NCBI RefSeq assembly: GCF_006345805.1
Contig: NC_043002.1
Coordinates: 32,612,001-32,676,000 of the forward strand
Origin: Octopus sinensis
Lineage: Eukaryota
DNA length: 64,000 bases
Direction of reading: 5' to 3'
Part shown: piece after piece, positions 1 through 12,802 of the stretch
Layout: every line of letters starts with the position of its first letter
Numbering within the stretch: position 1 is the first letter of the stretch
Translations under genes and position numbers: made by a program
The notes under the pieces: generated by a model
Told to the model about the DNA's origin: nothing
Seen by the model: the letters and a program-made list of their open reading frames with translations, nothing else
Database searches by the model: none

Positions 1-860
1 GTGTTGAGGGATGTGTGGAGTTTGTTGTTGGAGCAGTGGTTGTTACATTTGATGTCATGGAATTATTTGAATGTTGTGCTGAGGGATGTGTGGAGTTGTT
101 TGTTGATGGAGCAGCGAATGTCACATTTAATGTCATGGAATTGTTTGAATATTGTGTTGAGGAATGTGTGGAGTTGTATGTTGATGGAGCGGCGGTTGTC
201 ATATTTGATGTCATGGAATTATTTGAATGTTGTGCTGAGGGATGTGTGGAGTTGTTTGTTGATGGAGCGGCGGTTGTTACATTTGATGTCATGGAATTAT
301 TTGAATGTTGTGTTGAGGGATGTGTGGAGTTGTTTGTTGATGGAGCGGCGGTTGTCATATTTGATGTCATGGAATTATTTGAATGTTGTGTTGAGAGAGG
401 TGTGGAGTTGTTTGTTGATGGAGCAGCGGTCGTTACATTTGATGTCATGGAATTATTTGAATGTTGTGTTGAGGGATGTGTGGCGTTGTTTGTTGATGGA
501 GCGGCGGTTGTCATATTTGATGTCATGGAATTATTTGAATGTTGTGTTGAGAGAGGTGTGGAGTTGTTTGTTGATGGAGCAGCGGTCGTTACATTTGATG
601 TCATGGAATTATTTGAATGTTGTGTTGAGGGATGTGTGGCGTTGTTTGTTGATGGAGCGGTGGTTGTTACATTTGATGTCATGGAATTATTTGAATGTTG
701 TGTTGAGGGATGTGTGGAGTTGTTTGTTGATGGAGCAGCGGTTGTCACATTTGATGTCATGGAATTATTTGAATGTTGTGTTGAGGGATGTGTGGAGTTG
801 TTTGTTGATGGAGCGGCGGTTGTCATACTTGATGTCATGGAATTATTTGAATATTCTGTT
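1..860. repeat. 78-bp coding minisatellite, at least 11 units
   Basis: Motif gatgtcatgg recurs at 51, 129 (aatgtcatgg), 207, 285, 363, 441, 519, 597, 675, 753 and 831, a period of 78 bp. Confidence 0.97.
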
Positions 861-1002
861 GAAAGAAGTGTTATTTCTTCTGTTGATGGCGTGTCTGCTC
901 TTACATCTGATGTCAGTGTTACACCTGATGAGAGACCTGAGCTTTCGTCTGTTGATTGATCGTTTGCCATCTGATTTGCCATAAAGGAGGTTGAACTTTC
1001 TG
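1..1002 (-). CDS. Large exon (exon 8, runs off window start) of a mucin-like secreted glycoprotein; 26-aa repeats STNNSTHPSTQHSNNSMTSNVTTAAP
   Basis: The reverse complement is open from acceptor ttcttattctacAG| (exon starts 1002, phase 1) to position 1: (T)ESSTSFMANQMANDQSTDESSGLSSGVTLTSDVRADTPSTEEITLLSTEYSNNSMTSSMTTAAP, then the repeats. Probably absent from the ORF track because there is no stop codon inside the window. Confidence 0.85.
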
Positions 1003-1190
1003 CTGTAGAATAAGAATAGACACCTTCTGTTACTCCATTAACACACTCCATATGAAGAATAAACATTACAAAATTAGTATGAATATTTCATCTACCGTTG
1101 CCAGAGACATTTCTGATAATCAGACCTAATAAATCAGAAATATTAAATTTCTAAATGTCTCATAGAGATATGTACGGTGGTGGGCCGATA

Positions 1191-1434
1191 GAATGGTTGT
1201 ATACTGTCAATTTATCGTGATAGTAGGGGATTACACCACCGCTGTTTAGCCCTAGGAAGCATCGACGCTTCCTGATGGCTTCGACACATTTTTTCCTGTC
1301 TCCCCTTCATAAATATATAAGGACACAGGAAGAAAATGTGTCGAAGCCATCAGGAAGCGTCGATGCTTCCTAGGGCTAAACAGCGTTGGTGTAATCCACT
1401 ACTCTCACGTTAAATTGACAGTATACAACCATTC
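1191..1434. mobile_element. Foldback/MITE-like palindromic element
   Basis: ~110-bp inverted arms (gaatggttgtatactgtcaatt... / ...aattgacagtatacaaccattc) with few mismatches around a ~20-bp spacer; no ORF. Confidence 0.75.
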
Positions 1435-2468
1435 AAACCTAATAAATCAAACTGATAATCCTAACTGTATTTGTTGATCGTAGCAATCTCATGCTTTATT
1501 TTACTTACTTTGCTTATACACTGCAGTAAACGCAGAAATTGTAACTTTCATTCCTAACTCCTAAAACTGAGATGTAACACATACGCGCGCGCAGATGAGG
1601 AGTGCATCAGAGTGACGACATCAAGAGTGATTTTGGATCAGTTTACAGTGGGTGAGTCTGAATTTATTGCTCTTTTAGTCACCATGAATGAAACCGAGCA
1701 GCAATCAATGGAGTGGGACCACTGCGGTTCACCGCGTCCCAAGTTGTTTCGGATCCAGAAAATAACTGAAAAGATTCGGGTTTCAGTGTTCCAAAACAAA
1801 AACAGAGTATTCCTCATACAAAGCTATCAAGCGTTCACACTCTTAGCGTAGAATACTACATGTCTCTATTGGACGTACTGTGTGAAACATTGAAGCAGAA
1901 ACGCCAAGAAAAGCTGAGATGTGGTGTCCTGTTTTGCAGCATAATATCCCAGGACACACAGTACATACACTACTTAATGCACGCCACTTTTGCTTCCAAT
2001 TACTAGACCATTCACATTACTCACCTGACTTGCTCTCTCTCACTATCACCTATGTCTACAATTGATTATACATCTCAACGGAACGAAATTTCCTTCCATT
2101 TCGGAAGTGATTGCTGCTACAGAGAACTGATTGGAGGCCCAACATTCCCAATAGTTTTTTACAGGGCTTTAAAAAAACAGGAGATCCTCTGCAATATATG
2201 TATTAAGGACCGCTGCAATATATGTATTAAAGACCGCTGCAATATGTGTATGAATCTGAGAGGGGAATAAAATCATAATTAATTGATCCTCAAGTATTTT
2301 CTTTTACCTAACGTCAGGAACTTTTAGGCCTCCTCTTATATATTGAGATAGATTTTACTTTCAATGTCGTTTTATTCGAAATATACCATTTGCTTAAAAA
2401 GATAATAAGTGAACTAATAACTTCAATTAATACACCACCATGTTTTATAGTTAAACAAACTTAGTTAC

Positions 2469-2528
2469 TTGATGTGGTTCCTTCAGTTGTAATTGTAGTA
2501 GAAGAGCTTGTGGAATCTCCATTGGTTG
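2469..2528 (-). CDS. Mucin-like gene exon 7 (60 nt, phase 1-1): (S)TNGDSTSSSTTITTEGTTS
   Basis: Acceptor ttttatttgtcgtAG, donor A|GTaact, open S/T-rich frame, paralogous to exon 6. Confidence 0.75.
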
Positions 2529-2659
2529 CTACGACAAATAAAACTGTATTGTACAAGCTCATCATTCTAAACTTTGAGAGAGAGTAGGAGAGTGATAAGA
2601 GACAGACACAGAGACAGACAGGCAGACAGGCAGGCAGACAGACAGGCAGTCAGACAGGC

Positions 2660-2725
<66 letters not shown>

Positions 2726-3445
2726 GTTTAAAACCAAGCTGTGTCTTCTTGGAGTACATCTGCTTATTCTAGTTTTCAAAATCTGCAGGTAGATTTTATG
2801 CTTGTATGAGGTATGCATAAGATTTGAAAATTCTGGTATTTTCTTCGGAAGAATAATTATTTGATTCTCTATCTGAAGAATTTGCAATTGGAGATGTCTT
2901 ACATGTTTTCTACATGTACGGTTTTGTAATACCAATTAGTTAATGAAATGCTTGTAATGGTGAATAAAGGATATCAAAAACTGCATTCCAATCTCCTGCT
3001 TTGATATGGGAATACTGAAAAGTTACCGGTTTTAAGAGTATCACGAAAGCCCTGGTTGGTGACACAACTCTACGAGTTCTTTTATAGTGCTTAGGAAAAC
3101 TGAGGGACCTCTGCAATAAGTGTGTGAATTTGAGAGAGGAATATGTTGAGTAAAATCATAATCAACTGATCCTCATGTATTTTCTTTTACTCAAAACCAG
3201 GAACTTGTCAGCACCCATTCATGTATATCATAAAATTAAAATAGCGAACTAAGTTCCCTTTGTGAAGGTCAGTTTAATACTATTAACAAAATTAACTAGA
3301 AATTAAAGTGTTAATACAATATATTGAGATACATTTTACTTTCAATGCCGTTTTATTCGAAATATACCATTTTCTTAAAAAGATAATAAGTGAGCTAATA
3401 ACTTCAATTAATACACCACCATGTTTTATAGTTAAACCAACATAC

Positions 3446-3514
3446 ATGATGTGGGATATCCTATGGTGGTTTCTATTGTTTCTGTAGTAGAATTTATTGT
3501 TCTATTTCCATTGG
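3446..3514 (-). CDS. Mucin-like gene exon 6 (69 nt, phase 1-1): (T)NGNRTINSTTETIETTIGYPTS
   Basis: Acceptor tttttatttgtcttaacAG, donor T|GTatgt, T-rich frame, duplicated flanks shared with exon 7. Confidence 0.75.
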
Positions 3515-4108
3515 CTGTTAAGACAAATAAAAACACGTTATATTAAATTGTAACGTATGACAAATTCATTTCTAAATTTCTAAGATATTTTGTTTTAGTT
3601 TGATGAGAACGATAAGCCTGCCCCCAATTCTTTTACTGGTCATCCGAGAACGGTCAAATAAGCATGGTTTATGTTCCCTTTGAACAGTTAAAAGTTGACG
3701 GCAAAGGAAAAAGATATTGAGGAAGATAATTTTCAGAATATTTTTTCAGCAGCAAGGTGACGTTCGGGAAAAAGAATATTAAGAGAAGTTACTGGGATAT
3801 GCGAGGGACAAAAAATAGTTAAGATTACTGAAATATATATGTTAAGAGTTACTACTATACTTAGTATATTTTAAGGTAACAAAATTATATGTGTTGTGAT
3901 AAGAAGGTGCAAACGATCTGAGTGTTCTAATGAATTTTTTTATGCATTAAAGGAAATTGAATAGAATTAATATTAATCTTAGTAACATCGATGGAGTTCT
4001 ACCAATATGTTTTATGGTGTTTTATATTTAAGTTATTCGGAAGTTCATATACCAGTATATGTTGTTATGATTTATAAGAAAAAAGATAGAGGATGATATT
4101 CTAAGCTA

Positions 4109-4157
<49 letters not shown>

Positions 4158-4164
4158 TATATAT

Positions 4165-5560
4165 ATATAAAACTAAAATGCGTTTTTACCACTTGGATCG
4201 CTTTCAATGCCACGACATCCCGTCCGATTCACTCCAAAATTTACAGGGACATGTACAATGAGGTGACGATGTCCGTGGGCTACCTTAGAAATCCATATCT
4301 TAAAAGGTGTCGTTGCTAGGGGCCAAAAACCCACTTTGACAAGTCCACTCCGGTTCTTTAATGTATCCGTCTTCCTCACTCACTCATGCTATTTCCTCCC
4401 TTCCCCTCTAACTCCCCTTCACTTTCTATTTATAACTTCGTGAAACGACGTTCTTTCCTCTCTTCCCATCACTTTTTCACTCACTCTATTTCCTCACAGC
4501 GCTTTCACACACACACACGCTCTCTCTCTCTTTCTGTCTCTCTCTCTCTCTCTCTACGTCAATCTGCATTCATAGAGAGAATTATCATCGCCACAACTTA
4601 TGTATATGTCTTCCTCACTCACTCACTCTTTTTCCTATACATAACGACGTTTGGCACCTCCGCCGTCTCTCTTTCTTCTGCAACGAGTCTATCAATGACA
4701 GCCGCAAAAGTTTAAATATTCCTACTTCACCTCTTTCAGAAACGTAACAGAGATTATTTTTTTTGGCGGGGTTAAAGGCCACTACATCCCGTCGGATTCA
4801 CTCCAAAATTTATACCTTTTCTTTCTACCTCTAACACCCCTTCACTTTCTCTTTATCTCCATTCATAAAGATAATTATCATCGCCACCACCACCACCACC
4901 ACCAACACACAATCATGACAATCTTTCTCTTAAAACAAATCATGTTTACATTGCAAAATATTTCATTTTTCAGTCCTCTCTTTCATATATCACCTTTTCT
5001 TTCTCGAGCTCTCTCTTTTTTCCCCTTCCATCCCTTTTCTCTCTATATATATCGACGTCTGCCACCTCCGCCGTCTCTATTTATTCTGCATTACTTTCAC
5101 TTCGTCAAACGGCCTTCTTTTATGTATCTGTCAGCATTCATAGAGAGAATTACCATCGCCATCACCAACACACAATCATGACAACAAATATTATGAATCT
5201 CGCTATCGCATTCTATTGTCTGCCTGTCAACGCGCCGATCGAGCAAATACAAACAGAACACACTAACGAGCGTTCGTGTTCTGGTGATAGCGTAGGTTTT
5301 TCGTATCTATTACATTTTAACATTTATTTAGAACCCTGCAAATTTTTCGTGCTAAATTTTCATTTTTTACTACTTTATTATTTTTCTTAAATTGATGCTT
5401 TTATTAAAATTAATTCTAATTGTCTGGGTCAACAGTTCGTTTCCTCGGAGGATATGGAAATTCCTATTACCCGTCAGAGAAATAACTCCAGCAGCTCACA
5501 ACTATTTCAACAAAGACAAGGTTACCTGCTTACCAGTCGAATTCAGCGTCAACACTCACG
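4165..5560 (+). mobile_element. Putative non-autonomous element with internal sub-repeats (possibly Helitron-like 5' region)
   Basis: Begins tatataaaact after a (TA)n tract. Internal repeats: gccac..catcccgtc.gattcactccaaaattta at ~4210 and ~4778; gcattcatagagagaatta.catcgcca at ~4565 and ~5135 (partial at ~4860). No coding signature. Confidence 0.3.
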
Positions 5561-5865
5561 TATGAGAGACACTCTAACACACACACACACACACATATAT
5601 ACATATATATATATATAATGTGTGCATTATGAGGTCGGTCGGTTCAGCTGAAAATATGCAGACCTATGTTAAAAGTGCTGGCCAGTTTGCATGACAACTA
5701 TTTTCTTTCTTTAAATGAAACGCGTTACCTCTAGGACAAAATTCCTCATCTTATAAAATGTGGCCCCAGTAGACCCGAATGAAATCGGGTTATATTAACC
5801 AAAATGTGAAAAGGGGTCTAAATGGGGCTGGAAGGGGATTAAAATTTAAAGGAGCGGGTGTTTAG

Positions 5866-6120
5866 GAATTCTCTGTTACATCAAGCTAAAAAAATTGCGC
5901 CAGCCTTTTAATCGTCAATGTGTTGCCGTCCATGATGAATAAGTTTTGAATGCTTGCCATGGTGAGTCTACTGTCGTGAGAAAGAATCACTTCAAAACTT
6001 GGTGTTTAGGGATTTTCTTTTACATCAAGTTCAAAATTTTACGCCAGCCGTTAAACTGTCAAAACGTTGCTGTCCGTTGTTAAGAAATGCCAGCCATGGT
6101 GACTCTACTATCCTCAGATT
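5866..6120. repeat. Diverged ~130-bp tandem duplication
   Basis: ggtgtttagg...tacatcaag...cgccagcc...gccatggtga.tctact occurs at ~5866-5985 and again at ~6001-6118. Confidence 0.65.
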
Positions 6121-6431
6121 CTATCCCTTCAAACTTTGGTTTCCAATATTTTATTATTTTTATTCAGCTCACAAGTTCGTCTGTCCCTTTTAAATGTTAA
6201 TGTTTTGCTGTCTGCCTTGAAGCAGACCTTTCCGTTGTTACTGCCTGATATTTATGATTGATCTTTCTAAATATTTTATTTCTCAACTTACTCAAGATCT
6301 TTTGTTGTTTATGAATGGGAGAGAGATAGATAAAGATAGAGAGTAAGAGAAAGCGAGGGAGAGTCCGAGAGAAAGGAAGAGTAAGAGAGTGGGAAAAGTG
6401 AGAGAGAAGGGAAATAGAAACAAAGAGGGAG

Positions 6432-6433
<2 letters not shown>

Positions 6434-6462
<29 letters not shown>

Positions 6463-6775
6463 GTTTAACGTCCGTTTTCCGTGCTAGCACAGGTTGGACA
6501 GTTTGACCGGGGTCTGGGAAGCCAGGAGGCTGCGCCAGGCTCCAGTCTGATCTGGCAGTGTTTCTACAGGTGGATGCCCTTCCTAACGCCAACCACTCTG
6601 TGAGCGTAGTGGGTGCCTTTTTCGTGCCGCCGGCACAGGTGCCAGGGGGGGCTGGCAGCGGCCACGATCGGTTGGTGCTTTTTACGTGCCACCGGCACAG
6701 AAGCCAGTCAAGGCGGCGCTGCAATCGGCCACGTACGGATGGTGCTTTTTACGGTGCTGAAAGGAAGCAACAGAA
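6434..6775 (-). mobile_element. SINE-like retroposed element with (ATG)n tail
   Basis: (cat)n tail on plus followed by a GC-rich body with internal repeats (gtgc(c)tttt.cgtgcc.ccggcac); recognised as a common octopus-type repeat. Confidence 0.65.
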
Positions 6776-7131
6776 AGTAACAACCACACTCTTACCCGCG
6801 CGTAGAGCGGGTCACCTTCAGCTAGTATATATATATATATTTCATATATGTGTAACCGCACGTGAACGATTGGCGATATTTTCCCTCCGTCTTCCTCTCT
6901 CCCATTGGACTTTCCTGTTTTTCCTATTTCCAAAGAAGAGTATGCTCGAAACGTAAAGCATCTACGCTTTTCCTTCTCCGGCCGTCATATCAGGACATTA
7001 CTTGTGCTACGTCCTCACGTTTGTGTGTTTGTTTGCAGTTTCTCTTTTCTATGTTTTTTATTAATTAACTATATATATGCAAGTGTGTGTATGTGTGTCT
7101 GTGTGTGTGTTACAATGGTGTATATATATAT

Positions 7132-7330
7132 ATATGGCCCAGTGGTTATGATGTTGAATTCACGATCACAAGGCCGAGGCTTCAGTTTCTGGACCGGGTG
7201 GTGCGTTGTGTAATTAAGAAAAACTCTTTATCTAATGTTGCTCTGCAATTTCAAAGTGTGGTACCCTGTGCACCCTTACATCACAAATATTCGTTCACTA
7301 TAAGCAAGTCATTTGTGCAGGTTGTTCTGC
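7132..7330 (+). mobile_element. Degenerate tRNA-derived SINE head
   Basis: A-box-like tggcccagtgg and degenerate B box; similar to the SINE head at 63178. Confidence 0.5.
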
Positions 7331-7403
7331 TAGAAAGTTTTCTCCTGACGACAAGAGACTAACAGCTAATATATATTCACGTACGTACGTACCTATGCAT
7401 GTC

Positions 7404-7435
<32 letters not shown>

Positions 7436-8276
7436 TGTATGCATGTATGTATGTATGTATGTATGTATGTATGTATGTATGCATGTATGTATGTATATAT
7501 GTATGTATGCATGGATGTATGTATGTACGTACGTACGTATATTTATATATTCTTTCATTTTTTAGTGGTGTAATGGTGACTGTCGTAGAGCAGTAGCCAT
7601 TCTGAAGTACCGCCTTAAAAATATCGACAGATTAACCATATAGTATAATAAAGTTCTATAACAGTGATAACCGGTACATTATCTAGAAGTTAGAGCTTCG
7701 TTAATGATTCATATTATTATCTAATAATTTATATATATTTAAATATATTTATTTTTGTTGCACTTCTTTTGTGTTGTTTCCAATTCATAACCAGTGTAGC
7801 ATTCGCATTGGAGTGAGTCGTTCGTGTTACAGAGTATTGGTTTATAACAATTTTGGAGAGAACAAATAATTAAAACATAGTATTTACTTACATTGGCAAA
7901 AAGATAACTATCAAACCTTCACCGTATGAACCCCATGAAAATGGTAATTATTATAGAATGCATCCTACTGATGACACCTGTTCCGTATTATTATAAAATT
8001 CAGAGTCAGAGATTAGTTAATGAATGAAGTGACACCGTTTATCCTCGTTTATGTGCGCGTGTGTGTATGTGGGTCTATGTCTATCAATTTATATGAAAAT
8101 ATGTATGTAACATGATTGAAACTTGTTTAGAAATTTAATCTTAAATTCGCTTTATTGATGATGCAGTAAATTAAGACAAAATACTTTTAAAAATCCCTTC
8201 TAGATAATATCTAATACACAAAATAATATATAACTTGTTCATGTTTATAGTAAAAGCATAAAGAATGAAATCTCAC

Positions 8277-8366
8277 TACAATTATGTAAAGCTAATTTTC
8301 CTGTTGATATAGGCTGTGTAAATGGATGACCAGAGGATGGATTCACTTCCTCATGGATAGTTGATT
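8277..8366 (-). CDS. Mucin-like gene exon 5 (90 nt, phase 1-1): (E)STIHEEVNPSSGHPFTQPISTGKLALHNC
   Basis: Acceptor cttgtcttattacAG resembles the exon 6 acceptor. The donor is uncertain: A|GTgaga, or T|GTagtg 3 nt earlier; both are phase 1. Confidence 0.5.
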
Positions 8367-8517
8367 CTGTAATAAGACAAGTATTTATTGAACCAAACAC
8401 ATTCAAATATATCATTAGGTGGTTCTAATTACATTTGTTGGCGCACTAGATATTTCTCCATAGAATTTTTTTCTTTTCTTATTCGTTGCTTCTACTTCCA
8501 AACAAAAATTAACGTAC

Positions 8518-8551
8518 CGTCATTAAGATTTTGACAAAGGAGGGGTACAGG
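8518..8551 (-). CDS. Mucin-like gene exon 4 (34 nt, phase 0-1): PVPLLCQNLND
   Basis: Strong acceptor ctcttgtgtttctccgacAG, donor G|GTacgt; phases match exons 3 and 5; 151-nt intron to exon 5. Confidence 0.6.
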
Positions 8552-9720
8552 CTGTCGGAGAAACACAAGAGATGACGCTATTGGAAAGAACAATGTGCAC
8601 AGATAAATGAAGAAGTTTAAAGTAGAGTAAAGCAATATTGAATAGAAACTTCACAGTGGGAGACTATCAACCACAACACGAATAGCTAGCCAGTGAGCGA
8701 ATTTATTCGCGCGGACAGGCGAGTCACAAAGCATGAGTTTACTGCAAAATGGATTGCTCTTGAAACAACATGCGGAACCAAAACCACATTGAAGCATTAA
8801 AACTATTCTCTGCATATGCTGAGCATAAATATATTACAGTTTTGGTGTGGACACAATCATTGTAACAATTACGACTTTCTCACGTAAAACACTAACGCAA
8901 GACTTTAGCGGGAGCAAACCTTTATATCTACACACATAAGTATCCTTTCATATAAATTCATTCACTGAAAATACTAAATTTCATTCTCAATAGTCACATA
9001 CAGTGAAACAGGGCAACTTAGGACTACTTTGGTTGCTTAGAGTTATGTAGAACAAATAAGTTCCCAAAATTCACAGCGTTGCAATATTGTATTTATTTAA
9101 ACAATATACAATTCAAATACGAATATAGTCACACACAAATACAAACCACGACTTAAATAGCATGCACAAGCCATACTGACTCTAACTCATGAACAATAAA
9201 GGAGATCTAACAAAATTTAATGATTACATACATTTACGTCCTCTCCACTCTAATACTTAACAGATTAAATTTTGTGAGCTTTAATTGTTCGAACTGTCTC
9301 ACAAGACACGTTCACTGAACTGTGTCAGTCGCAAATGTTGGCGTGAAAAATAACGTTAACGTACAGTTGTAGTGAGGAAGTTACACAGAATTGTAAGCCT
9401 AATCACTTGTTCATCGTCTGACAATTAAATTGTATCTTGATCAGATTCTAATTAAATCAATGTTCTCTCCAAGAGAATTTTCGAACTCATCTGAAGCAAG
9501 TCAGTTGTAGTTTGTTTAGCCCCACATCTTTCTATATCAGTTAGCTTTTGAAAATCAAAACCGGTCAAACCTTTAAAAATAAACCATTTAAAATACCTCC
9601 AATGGTTTTAAACTACTTTATTTTCTCTCTCTCTCTCTCTCTCTCCCCTTTCTCTCCCCTCTCTCTCTCCTTTTCTCTCTCTCCCTCTCTCTCTTTCTCT
9701 GTCTCTGTCTCTCTTTCTCT

Positions 9721-9830
<110 letters not shown>

Positions 9831-9879
9831 ACCAGACAGATAGATTTTCAAAAACTAAGTGAGGGCATTTTACTCAAAA

Positions 9880-10790
9880 TAGCCACCGTCAGCTTCCAGC
9901 ACGCAAGTATTCTTCATTGTATCCCTGAAAAGATCGTCAAAACCCTTTTGTACTTGGTCGCCAGTTCAGCCTTGGTGTTGCTGGCAGAGCTGTTGGTATA
10001 TTTCTAAACAATGCACCACACAGTAAGCTATGGTATTACAACGAAGGGAATTGGGAGACCAGAAATTGGGGCTGGTGAAGTCGTAGATATATGCTGACAA
10101 CTACTTCTGACAATTTGCTGAAGTATGGCAAGGAGATGAGTCCTACAGTCACTCATATGGTCTTCAAACTAGCGTTTAACCACATTCTCTAGTCGCTTCA
10201 CATATTTTGAATTGACCTTCAGGCCTTGTTCAAAGATGTGAGAAAGCAAGATGTCTCACTAGAGACGTATGACTCAGTGAAGACACACGCAAAGACCATC
10301 GCTGTTTGCGGAAACATGGCTTTCCTGATAACCGGGACAGTACACGGATTATAGGGGAGCCACAATTTGTTTGTTCTCGGTTTTGTGCAACTGGTCCAGG
10401 CAGAAGTTGTTTTCATATGAGAGGAACCAGATTATTCCCAGCTCAATAAAATACCTCATCCACGTCAGGAGCATATTTGCTTTCATCAAGCTCTTATCAC
10501 CGTCAGAATTTGTAATAAGCGCCTCTTGTATGGGTGGTTTCCAATGACGTCATTAACGGTTAGCTTCATAATCGTGACTTCAACACCCTTCTCTATAGCC
10601 AAAATCACGATTTCCTTGTCATGGATCTTCCATCAACTTGCCCTGCAGGTGTCAGATAAATTATAGCGTGATGAAGCTGTCAGAAAGTTGCTGTGTGCCT
10701 TCTTCGTGGCAACGTGGTCTACGTTGAAGCTCTCTAAGTCACGATTTACAGTCATCACAGTTGTAGCAGGAATTCGAACCCGATCAAATG
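9880..10790 (-). mobile_element. Highly decayed RTE-type LINE endonuclease remnant
   Basis: Fragmentary readings such as NRDLESFNVDHVA resemble the APE N-terminal RELxxxNIDIAA motif; many stops and frameshifts; raised GC. Confidence 0.4.
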
Positions 10791-11301
10791 ATAGTTAGGC
10801 ACCACAAGTAAGCCACCACATTGTTATCTGTTCCCGATTTTGTTAATTTCTGGTGTACATTACTTGTATATACATTTGTGGCATATATAATTCTTCACTC
10901 CCTATATGTTTTTCAACATTTTGTAGGTGAAGTGATACATTTCGGTTTCTTTTACTAATAGCATCGTTAAAAATTAATTGCAGAAAATTATTTGCAGTAT
11001 TTTTTCCGACCCTTTATATTCTGGCTCCAAATCCCGTTGACATCAACTTTAGTTTCTATCATTTCGTGGTAGATAAAATAAAGTGCCAGTCAAGAGTACT
11101 GAGAGCGATGGCACTAATTCCCTCTCCTCATATAATCAAATAATCTATATATGATTCAAACATACATGCACACGCCCATATATATACATATATATTTATG
11201 TATGATCGTATGAATAGATGGATGTATCTCTCTCTCTCTCACATGTATATTTTTTTCTGTAGTTTCAGCTAAGAGCTGCGGCCATGCTGATGCACCGCCT
11301 T

Positions 11302-11340
<39 letters not shown>

Positions 11341-11488
11341 ATGAGAATGTGTCTGTCTGTATGAATCCCTAAAACTCAGATTCTTGCCTAATGCGAGCTC
11401 AGAGCAATCTCTTATCTCTTAAACTATTTCAGTATTACGTCTCTATTGTAATGTGAGATAATACTTTCAGTTTGAAAGAATTCTGTCC

Positions 11489-11524
<36 letters not shown>

Positions 11525-11758
11525 CTTTATGCATTCCAAAACCGAGGTACCGATTTTGACGTATGGGGTATCAAAATATTCAGCACTATTTTGGTAACAA
11601 CTATCGTAAACATTTTATACGATGACGTCACATTTTCTATATGTGCGTGTACCTAAAAAACTATATCAATCATCACGACACACACCTCCACTCATCACTC
11701 ACTCTATCTATCTCTCTCTTTTTGTCTCTCGTTTTCTCTCTCTCTCTGTTTCTCTCTT

Positions 11759-11796
<38 letters not shown>

Positions 11797-11954
11797 TTTC
11801 TCTCATATACACGCGGATGCGCGCGCGCACACAAACACACGTTCTTTTCATATACACGATATACATCTTTCACTCAAAACAGAAACCGAAATATTTTTAA
11901 TTGCAGCACAAAATCAAAGCCACCTCACCAGAAATAAACAGAAACACATAATGA

Positions 11955-12615
11955 AGAAAAACACAACTAATAACCGCAGAATATGTGTTGATGAGATAGA
12001 AACAATAAATCATATTGTCTTTGGCTGCCCAGTCCTGACTAAGGAGGAATATATCCAGATGGATGGTATACCAACAATATGGAATGACAATAGAAAAAAA
12101 GACGGTAGAGGGACATCCCAGAAAATATCTCAAAAAATGACAGAGCAACCATACTCTGGGATATGCCAATATATACAGGTAGAGAAACCAAGGTTAATAG
12201 ACCGTATATAGTTGTTAGGGATCATGAAAAAATGTCTTCTAATCAATGTATTATTACAAACACATGGCAATGTATCTCTAATAAAAAAAAGAGAAACTCT
12301 CAAAATACAAAGATCTGGAAACAGAAATAACCCGAATGTGGAACCTAAAAGCAGAAACAATCCCTGTAATAATAGGTGCATTAGGTATGATTAAAAAATC
12401 ATTCAGACAAATACATGACAAAAACACCAGGATTTACGAATGTATATAACATACAGAAAATAGCACTACTAGGCACCGTGCACATCCTCCGTAACGCACT
12501 TTCAAATCAGGGAAAATAAGAGCACCACAACAAACCACAGCACATACCCAAGACACACAGAGCTGCACTCGGTAGTGCAGTGAAAGTAGCTGATAAAAAT
12601 AAGACTTCTGAATAA
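11955..12615 (+). mobile_element. 5'-truncated, frameshifted R4/Dong-clade LINE 3' end (CCHC + restriction-like endonuclease)
   Basis: RICVDEIETINHIVFGC zinc knuckle; reconstructed KKCLLI.V...THGNVSL and IPVIIGALGMIKK...IALLGTVHILRNAL; 3' UTR ends in aataa/aataat. Confidence 0.8.
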
Positions 12616-12802
12616 TGTTATACATAAATGACAATTGCTGTCTGTCGATCTGTCTGTTACCATTTCCTGCCTACACTAGTAAACTAATCCTGACGAAATT
12701 TACACACATGTGTAGATATATAGATACATACATACATACATACATACGTGCACACACAAATACATACACGCTTACGTAAATATACGTACAGGCACACATA
12801 TA

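Noticed and set aside
1-860. CRISPR-like periodicity
   Set aside because: Contiguous tandem units with no unique spacers; eukaryotic context; no cas genes.
1-984. Plus-strand ORFs 1-984 and 15-959
   Set aside because: Antisense shadows of the stop-free 78-bp repeat; the minus frame gives a coherent S/T/N-rich exon with an acceptor and upstream exons.
2567-2935. 122-aa minus ORF / S-rich reading TSPIANSSDRESNNYSSEE
   Set aside because: Runs into a (GATA)n tract; no phase-compatible splice sites found for the S-rich frame.
7892-7990. Strong minus-strand donor at 7891
   Set aside because: No open frame compatible with the gene model.
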